Source: a virus. Taken from it: a stretch of DNA of 64,000 nt. The position numbers and the translations under genes are program-made. The stretch spans positions 1 to 64,000 of the IMG/VR virus record IMGVR_UViG_3300034031_000009; one strand, 5' to 3'. This document shows positions 57,864-64,000 of the stretch, one piece after another. Position 1 is the first letter of the stretch, and every line of letters starts with the position of its first letter. The notes under the pieces were generated by a model that had not been told where the DNA came from, made no database searches, and saw nothing but the letters and a program-made list of their open reading frames with translations.

Positions 57864-60237
57864 AGCCGGCGGCAAAGTCGAGGTTACGGACTACCGTCTC
57901 TCGATCCACTACCGCATCTGTCATGGTCCGATCGACGCGCTGCTCGGCATCTATGTCGGCGAAAAGGAAGCGTGGACGGGCGAGATCGCCGCCGAGACCG
58001 ACATCGTCATCAACCGGCCGGACCTGTTCGGTGGCCCCAAGAAGGAAGGAGGCGTGGCCGGTGTCGCGCGCTTCCTGCCCGGCGGCCCGTCACAGGTCAT
58101 GCCGGAACACCTCGCCTCGCGCCTCGGGCTGACCAGCGCCACCTGTCCCGGCTACCGGGGCATGGCGTCCCTGTTCTTCGCGGGCAGCAGTGGTTCCTCC
58201 GACTTCTTCGGGCAGACATTCACCTATGGGGCGCAGGGCTTCCTATGGGCGTCGAACAACCCGTATCTGAAGACGATCTGGATGAAGATTCGTCGGAAGC
58301 CGCGCGGCCTGAATCAGTCGATCGCGCTGATCGGCCCCGACGCCAACCCGGCCCACATCATCTATGAGTGCCTGACCAACCAGGACTGGGGGCAGGGCGG
58401 CGCCCCATCGGGCATCAACACCGCCAGCTTCCAGGCTGCCGCGCAGACGCTCTTTAATGAGGGCTTCGGTCTGTCCCTGATGTGGACGAAGCAGGCCACC
58501 ATCGAAGCGTTCGTCAGCGAAATCCTCGACCACATTCAGGCGACGCTGTTCGTGAACCCGCGCGACGGGCTGATGACGATCAAGCTGATCCGCGACGACT
58601 ATGACATCGACGACCTGCCGATCCTCAACGCGGACAACTGCAAGGTTATCGAGTTCGATCGCAAGGCATGGGGCGAGACGATCAACGAGATCGTCGTCAC
58701 TTGGACCAACCCGGAGAACGAGAAAGAGGAAACCGTCGCCGCCCAGAACAACGCGAACATCGCGGTGCAGGGCGGCATCATCTCGGATAGCCGCAACTAT
58801 TACGGGGTGCGCAACGCGGAGTTGGCGCAGGAACTCGCCTTCCGTGACCTCGCCCAGTCGTCGGCACCGCTGGCCGTCTTCAAGATCAACGTCGACCGGA
58901 CGGCATGGGACTTCGTCCCCGGCGGCTGCGCGCGCCTGCAGTATCCGGAATACGGCATCGACGACGTGGTCGTTCGCCTCACCGACATCAACTACGGCAA
59001 ACCTGGCGCCCCTACAATCGAACTCTCGGTGATCGAGGACATATTCTCCATCTCCCGGGCTGATTACGACACTGCCGATGGGACGCAGTGGGAAGACCCA
59101 TCGGTCGACCCGGCTGCCCCGGCCTATTCGCGACTGATCACCGCGCCTGCCTATCTCGTGACGCAGGCGCTGCCGTCGTCACAGGCAACCGCCGAATATC
59201 CTTCGGTGTTCGCAGCGGCCCTGGTCAGCCAGAACAACGACGACACCTTCGCCTACGACCTCTATGGCGAGGCAACCCTGGCGAACGGCGACCCCGTCGC
59301 CGAGCTGATCGGAACACGGCCCACCATCGGCCATTCGATCCTGCCGACACCACTCGCGGCCGAGGCGTCAACGCTGCTGCCCAGTTTCGGAACGTCGGTC
59401 GGTGGCGCTGGCCCGCGACCCGGCGGCTTCGCGATTATCGGCAACGTCTCCGAACGCGGGCAGGAGATCGCCATGATCGACAGCTTCGGCGAGACCGGGT
59501 GGACGCTGGTCCGGGGCGCCCTCGACACCGTTCCACGCGCATGGCCGGATGGCACGGTCGTCTGGTTCGTCAGCACCGACACCAACATCATCGTCGACTC
59601 CACCGTTTACTCGGATGCGGAAACCGCCCGCTTCAAAATCGCCCCGTACACGTCTCGCGGGGTGCTGCCGCTCAGTGAGGCGCCGATCTTGGCAGCCGCG
59701 CTGACGGGGCGCCCACACCTGCCACTGCGACCCGCCAACGTGGTTGCCGGTGGCGCGGCATTCGGGTCGGTCGATCTGTCTGGATCGCTGCCTGCCACCG
59801 TCACAGTCACATGGGCGAACCGTAACCGGACACTCGAAGACAACCAGGTGCTCGCATGGGCGGACTCGACCGTGGTGCCGGAGGCGGGGCAGACCACGAC
59901 TATCAAGGTCATCTCGACCGCTGGCACCGTGCTGACGACGCATTCCGGCCTGACCGGAACCAGTTTCGCAGTACCGGCGGCGTCGTTCGGCGGCGAGAAC
60001 GTGGCCGACATCGCCGTCTATGCCGAGCGTGACGGGTTGGAGTCGTTCCAGAGCCACCGCGTCCGCGTGAAGATCCGGCCCGGCGGCTGGGGTGACGACT
60101 GGGGCAACAACTGGGGCAGCGGTGGCACCGACAGTCCGATCGGCGACCCAGAGCCTGAACCGGTGCCTGCTGATCCCGAACCCGGCACCGGCTTCCCGTC
60201 GCGCGCGCCTTGGTATCCGGGCGTCAACATTCCATGA
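57847..60237 (+). CDS. Host-specificity / central tail fibre protein, gpJ-like (796 aa)
   Basis: N-terminus MGTGGKAGGKVEVTDYRLSIHYRICHGPIDAL parallels lambda J MGKGSSKG...ISEGPIEG. Confidence 0.75.
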   Translation: MGTGGKAGGKVEVTDYRLSIHYRICHGPIDALLGIYVGEKEAWTGEIAAETDIVINRPDLFGGPKKEGGVAGVARFLPGGPSQVMPEHLASRLGLTSATCPGYRGMASLFFAGSSGSSDFFGQTFTYGAQGFLWASNNPYLKTIWMKIRRKPRGLNQSIALIGPDANPAHIIYECLTNQDWGQGGAPSGINTASFQAAAQTLFNEGFGLSLMWTKQATIEAFVSEILDHIQATLFVNPRDGLMTIKLIRDDYDIDDLPILNADNCKVIEFDRKAWGETINEIVVTWTNPENEKEETVAAQNNANIAVQGGIISDSRNYYGVRNAELAQELAFRDLAQSSAPLAVFKINVDRTAWDFVPGGCARLQYPEYGIDDVVVRLTDINYGKPGAPTIELSVIEDIFSISRADYDTADGTQWEDPSVDPAAPAYSRLITAPAYLVTQALPSSQATAEYPSVFAAALVSQNNDDTFAYDLYGEATLANGDPVAELIGTRPTIGHSILPTPLAAEASTLLPSFGTSVGGAGPRPGGFAIIGNVSERGQEIAMIDSFGETGWTLVRGALDTVPRAWPDGTVVWFVSTDTNIIVDSTVYSDAETARFKIAPYTSRGVLPLSEAPILAAALTGRPHLPLRPANVVAGGAAFGSVDLSGSLPATVTVTWANRNRTLEDNQVLAWADSTVVPEAGQTTTIKVISTAGTVLTTHSGLTGTSFAVPAASFGGENVADIAVYAERDGLESFQSHRVRVKIRPGGWGDDWGNNWGSGGTDSPIGDPEPEPVPADPEPGTGFPSRAPWYPGVNIP

Positions 60238-60251
60238 TGGAGAACTGAACC

Positions 60252-60908
60252 ATGGCCGCTCGCACTCTGCCCGGCATCGGGCTGACTGGAGGCCGTTCAG
60301 CCGGTGAAAACGGCTGGGCGACCGAGATGAACGCCAACCTGCTGAAACTGACCACGCTGATCCAGGCGTCCGTCAAGTCACGGGTGACGGCGCTGCCCGG
60401 CAGCCCGGCCAACGGGGACATCTACATCGTCCCGTCGCCGGACAACCGAATCGCCGTGCGCGACGACGGTGCGTGGACCTATTACACGGCCACTGAGGGC
60501 TGGCGAGCATGGGTGCAGGACGAAGACGCGCAGGTGGTCTGGACCGGCACCGCATGGAAGCAGATCGCCCCGTCGATCGTTGCGGTCGGCACGTTCAGCG
60601 AAGCGGCGCCCACGTCGTCCCAGATCCTGCTCGATTGGGTGTTCGTGGAAGACGTGACGTTCGCCGACGATTTCGCCGGTAGCCGTGCGACGGTCGGCAC
60701 GACTCCTACCTCCACGTTCATTGCGACAATCCAGAAGAACGGCTCCAATGTCGGCACCGTCTCGATCTCGACCGGCGGCATGGCGACGTTTGCAACCACT
60801 GCCGGCGCACTGTCCTGCGTGGCCGGCGACCTGTTGACCGTGGTCGCCCCGGCGTCTGCTGACGCGACGATCGCGCGGCTGCGCATCACCCTGAAAGGAA
60901 CCCGCTGA
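60252..60908 (+). CDS. DUF2793-like tail fibre-associated protein (218 aa)
   Basis: ALPGSPANGDIYIV ... GAWTYYTATEGWRAWV pattern, typical of DUF2793. Confidence 0.6.
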   Translation: MAARTLPGIGLTGGRSAGENGWATEMNANLLKLTTLIQASVKSRVTALPGSPANGDIYIVPSPDNRIAVRDDGAWTYYTATEGWRAWVQDEDAQVVWTGTAWKQIAPSIVAVGTFSEAAPTSSQILLDWVFVEDVTFADDFAGSRATVGTTPTSTFIATIQKNGSNVGTVSISTGGMATFATTAGALSCVAGDLLTVVAPASADATIARLRITLKGTR

Positions 60909-61864
60909 TGACCATCCTGTTCGCTGGTGGGGAACTGTCCGCCTTCAGCGCGAGCGATTTCACCAACGTAACAGAGGCCACGGCCAGCACTGGGCGCGAT
61001 ACCACCTACACACGATCTGCCATCGTTATCACCAACCCTGCCGCATGGATCGAGACGCCAGTTTTCGCATCGGCGACAACACTGTGGGTGCATGCCGAAT
61101 GGCAGACCGGGTCCGCCTCGGTCAGTGGGGTGCCGATCACCTTCTACAACAGCGTCGGTACGGCAGTATTTCGATTGAACGGTACTGCCGGTCCCGTTCT
61201 TCAGATGCAATACTGGAACGGCTCAACGTGGACGAACATCGGCACATCGTTCGGCTACACCTCCGCCACTCGTTATACGATAGACATCAAACTTGTCTGC
61301 GGTAGCAGTGGTAGCGCCGAACTCTATGTGTCCGGTTCGCTGATTTCTTCGGCATCAGCGACGATGACTGCTGTGACCAACGTCAACAAATTGCGCTTGA
61401 GCAATACTATCAGTTCGTCATACTGGACACAGATCATCGCCGCAGACGAGTCGACGGTTGGTTGGAAACTCGCGACGTTGGCGCCTACTGCTGATGGTGC
61501 CAACACCACGTGGACAGGCACTTATGCCGATGTGGATGAGGCCACAACTGTCAGTGATACGGATTTCATTTCCTCCGCTAATGCCGATGAGGTTGAGACT
61601 TTCACCGCGAGTGATGCGTCCGGCGCAGGTTTCACGGTCAAGGCACTCGTGGTCGCGGCCCGCGCCCGTTCTGGATCAGGGCCGCAGAACATTCAGATGG
61701 CAGTGCGCTCGGCCGGGGCAAACTATTTTTCCAGCAGCGTGGCGAACATCGGTGCAGGTTACGCTGGTTTGCAAGCTGTATTCTCCACTGATCCTGCAAC
61801 CGGTTCTGCATGGACTCTAGCCAATGCGAACAGCGCCGAGATTGGCGTGAAGTCGGTGGCTTGA
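60908..61864 (+). CDS. Hypothetical tail-fibre-region protein (318 aa), beta-rich
   Basis: ORF track; ATGA-type overlap with the upstream gene. Confidence 0.65.
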   Translation: MTILFAGGELSAFSASDFTNVTEATASTGRDTTYTRSAIVITNPAAWIETPVFASATTLWVHAEWQTGSASVSGVPITFYNSVGTAVFRLNGTAGPVLQMQYWNGSTWTNIGTSFGYTSATRYTIDIKLVCGSSGSAELYVSGSLISSASATMTAVTNVNKLRLSNTISSSYWTQIIAADESTVGWKLATLAPTADGANTTWTGTYADVDEATTVSDTDFISSANADEVETFTASDASGAGFTVKALVVAARARSGSGPQNIQMAVRSAGANYFSSSVANIGAGYAGLQAVFSTDPATGSAWTLANANSAEIGVKSVA

Positions 61865-61865
61865 G

Positions 61866-62012
61866 ATGGCTGATGTTTCCAAGCTGACCGGATTTGCGGT
61901 CCTCGCGCCGGCCTCGACTGCCGTGGTGGTGAGCAAAGTGACCGGCTTCGTCGTGCTGGCACCGGCTACGATTACGACTTCCCGGCGACCGATCGTCAAC
62001 TGTTGCTCGTGA
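61866..62012 (+). CDS. Small ORF (48 aa) with an internal duplicated motif, below the ORF-track cutoff
   Basis: MADVSKLTGFAVLAPASTAVVVSKVTGFVVLAPATITTSRRPIVNCCS. Starts 2 nt after the previous stop. Confidence 0.35.
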   Translation: MADVSKLTGFAVLAPASTAVVVSKVTGFVVLAPATITTSRRPIVNCCS

Positions 62013-62090
62013 TTCGACAGAGTGGCCGATCTGTGACATAACAATCAACAATCGCGTGTGTCTTCAACTGATAAATGAGGAACTTACGGC

Positions 62091-62453
62091 ATGGCGAACA
62101 CGACGAATCTCTCCCTACCTACCAGCACCCTCGGCGACTCCAAGTTCAAGCGGTCCTTCCGCGAAGCCATGGTGCTGCTCGACGCGGCTGTCGGTCAGAT
62201 CCTGACTGGGTCCAAGACGCACGACTTTGCCAGCATCGCAACTGGCACTGCCGAGACGACCACTGTCACCGTTACCGGTGCCGCACTCGGCGACTTCGTG
62301 GTCGGCGTGTCGGTCGGCGTCGATGCCGCCGGTCTCCGACTGACGGGCTACGTCTCGGCCGCCAACACCGTCACCGTGATTGCCCGCAACGATACCGGCG
62401 GCGCAGTCAACCTGGCCTCCACCACGCTCCGCGTACTGGTACGCGGCGCTTAA
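62091..62453 (+). CDS. Hypothetical protein (120 aa)
   Basis: ORF track; GAGGA SD. Confidence 0.6.
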   Translation: MANTTNLSLPTSTLGDSKFKRSFREAMVLLDAAVGQILTGSKTHDFASIATGTAETTTVTVTGAALGDFVVGVSVGVDAAGLRLTGYVSAANTVTVIARNDTGGAVNLASTTLRVLVRGA

Positions 62454-62456
62454 CTC

Positions 62457-62756
62457 GTGTCTCGGGCCGGTCGCATCTGGGCAGCCATGCTTACCGCAGC
62501 ACCGCTGCGGATGTGGGCGCTATTTGCGGCCGGTCCCGTGCTGACGCTCGGTACAGCAGCTCTGGTCTTAATCGTCAAAGACTCACAGTGGCCGGATCGA
62601 CTGCGCGAGCGTCAGCTAGATTTCCTGGGCTGGGCGATGCTCGGCTCCCTCGCGATCGTTGCCGTCATCGTCATCACGCTTGCCGCAGTGCGCGTGAAGG
62701 GTCGGGCAGGCATCGCTGAGTTCGACGTTGGAGGCGACCGCGATGAAGCTGCATAA
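62457..62756 (+). CDS. Holin candidate (99 aa)
   Basis: Two to three hydrophobic segments, a charged C-terminus, and a position immediately upstream of (and overlapping) the endolysin gene. Confidence 0.6.
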   Translation: MSRAGRIWAAMLTAAPLRMWALFAAGPVLTLGTAALVLIVKDSQWPDRLRERQLDFLGWAMLGSLAIVAVIVITLAAVRVKGRAGIAEFDVGGDRDEAA

Positions 62757-63390
62757 CGCGCTCAAGTTCTTCGCCGCGATCCGTCAGAATCCGTTCGGCA
62801 AGGCACTCGCACAGCCGCAGGTCGATGGGACGAACCATCTGCTCAAGGCAATGGGTGACGCCGGGTGGCCGATCGCGTGGACCGCCTACGGTCTCGCGAC
62901 AGCCTTCCACGAGGTCGCCGGCACCATGCAGCCGATCCGCGAACGTGGCTCTGGCGACCGTGACCGCGATGGCGAGGACGACCACTTCGAGAAGTACGAC
63001 ACCGGCCGCATCGCGGCTGCGCTCGGTAACACGCCCGCCGATGACAATGACGGCGAGAAGTGGTGTGGCCGTGGTTACCCGCAGGTCACGGGTGCCGCCA
63101 ACTACGCGAAGATCGACGCCGCGCTCGGACTCGATGGTACGCTGATTGCCAACCCGGCGCTGATGCTGCAACCGCGCATCGCGGCTGACGGGATGGTGTG
63201 GGCCATGAAAGCCGGAGCCTTCACTGGCAAGGCGCTGAAGCACTATCTCCCGCCGAGCGGACTTGCCACGCGCGCCGAGTTCCGGGCTGCACGGCGTATC
63301 ATCAACGGCATGGACCGGGCCGACGACATCGCCGGTTACGCGCTGGCATTTCAGGATGCGCTCGCAGCGGGCCAGTGGAGGGCGCACTGA
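62743..63390 (+). CDS. Endolysin, glycoside hydrolase family 19-like (215 aa)
   Basis: FHEVAGTMQPIRE (two Glu residues 8-9 aa apart) and KWCGRGYPQVTGAANY are typical of GH19 phage lysins. Confidence 0.75.
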   Translation: MKLHNALKFFAAIRQNPFGKALAQPQVDGTNHLLKAMGDAGWPIAWTAYGLATAFHEVAGTMQPIRERGSGDRDRDGEDDHFEKYDTGRIAAALGNTPADDNDGEKWCGRGYPQVTGAANYAKIDAALGLDGTLIANPALMLQPRIAADGMVWAMKAGAFTGKALKHYLPPSGLATRAEFRAARRIINGMDRADDIAGYALAFQDALAAGQWRAH

Positions 63391-63761
63391 TGTTCGCCTC
63401 GCTCGGCTTCCGCATCGCTGGCGCTGCCGGCATCCTCGGCACTCTGTTGCTCGGGCTGCTGCTGATCGCCGCAAAGGGTGAAATCCGTCACCTGACGAAG
63501 GTAAATCAGGGACTGGAAGAACGCCTCGCCGTGTGTGTGGGCAACACCGCTGTCCTCGAAAACGCGATCGCCCGGCAGAACGCCGCCATGGCTGTGCGCG
63601 CCGCCGCCGACGCACGGAAGCTGGCCGACAGCACCGCGCGCCTGGCCGCCGTTCAGGCTGCACAGCGCCGCTCATCGAAACTGGACGCCGCCCCCAAGGG
63701 TGACACGCTGGACGCGCGAGTCCGCGACGTGGATGCGCGTCTGCTGGAGACCCTGCAATGA
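63390..63761 (+). CDS. i-spanin candidate (123 aa)
   Basis: N-terminal TM segment, then a coiled-coil-like periplasmic part. TGATG overlap with the endolysin gene. Confidence 0.6.
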   Translation: MFASLGFRIAGAAGILGTLLLGLLLIAAKGEIRHLTKVNQGLEERLAVCVGNTAVLENAIARQNAAMAVRAAADARKLADSTARLAAVQAAQRRSSKLDAAPKGDTLDARVRDVDARLLETLQ

Positions 63762-64000
63762 CCACGACCCGCATGCCACGTTGGCTGCGCCGCTTCTTCG
63801 ACGCAGTAGCCTTCACGATCGGCCTTGCTGGTTGCACGTCTCCGGGTGGAGATCGTGTCCGCACCGTCGAGGTAGCCGTACCGACGCGCGCCGAGTGCGT
63901 CCCGGCCAACCTTGGCTCGGCACCGATCTACCCAGATACCGATATTGCGCTCCGCGCGGCACCCGATGCCGCCGAACGCTTCCGTCTCCTCGCGCAGGGG
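63758..64000 (+). CDS. o-spanin lipoprotein candidate (partial, runs off the window)
   Basis: MTTTRMPRWLRRFFDAVAFTIGLAGCTSPGG has the lipobox LAGC. ATGA overlap with the i-spanin gene. Open to position 64000. Confidence 0.6.
   Translation, partial: MTTTRMPRWLRRFFDAVAFTIGLAGCTSPGGDRVRTVEVAVPTRAECVPANLGSAPIYPDTDIALRAAPDAAERFRLLAQG

Noticed and set aside
57433-60237. Disrupted (pseudogenised) host-specificity gene
   Set aside because: Lambda itself has separate I and J genes with the same boundary. Both parts here have intact frames and plausible starts, so I treat them as separate genes with an intervening small ORF.
1-64000. Retron, DGR, CRISPR-Cas, restriction-modification or other named defence systems
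   Set aside because: I saw no reverse transcriptase, cas gene, methyltransferase, or large NTPase/nuclease pair outside the replication module.

Overview
High-GC (~62%) window that reads as one temperate siphovirus-type phage genome (lambda-like head genes, RcGTA-like tail-tip genes, alphaproteobacterial style). I recognise no host housekeeping genes.

Layout:
1. 1-220: tandem 40-bp repeats plus a minus-strand terminator.
2. 373-8153: leftward early operon of small, mostly acidic proteins, a PrimPol/VirE primase-helicase, a PD-(D/E)XK nuclease and a Cro-like HTH protein. An iteron-rich, AT-rich origin-like region lies at 4.0-4.9 kb.
3. 8.3-17.0 kb: rightward early operon with an ECF sigma factor, DUF2800 nuclease, DUF2815 SSB-like protein, HNH endonuclease, PolB-like polymerase, SF2 helicase and VRR-NUC.
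4. 17.1-20.2 kb: a CI-like HTH gene and a displaced tail-fibre gene.
5. 20.2-31.7 kb: two arms of small accessory genes (20.2-23.6 kb on +, 31.6-27.8 kb on -) that converge on a LuxR-type receptor gene, a 1.1-kb ORF-free helix-rich locus, a P4-type integrase, a GIY-YIG gene and AlpA.
6. 32.0-64.0 kb: late operon. It holds an AlpA paralogue, TerS, GpA-type TerL, a 3-gene insertion, gpW, portal, S49 protease, decoration protein, gpE-type capsid, tail genes with a G/GT frameshift, a tape measure with an embedded hydrolase domain, hub/J-like proteins and fibres. It ends with holin, GH19 endolysin and spanins; the o-spanin runs off the right edge.

The integrase sits mid-genome with phage genes on both sides, so this looks like an unintegrated (attP-intact) permutation.

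Most interesting signals:
- the ORF-free structured int-proximal locus;
- a nucleotide-level leader cassette (16-18 nt box + hairpin + GTCGCCAA-SD) repeated more than 13 times in mirror orientation on both accessory arms;
- a phage LuxR-type receptor;
- a promoter-proximal terminator or C-rich small-RNA candidate next to the second AlpA gene;
- a DDFDxLLG-type terminal peptide shared by eight functionally unrelated proteins;
- a 4.6-kb insertion in the lambda-like head module.

All family calls rest on motifs I read by eye; no searches were run.
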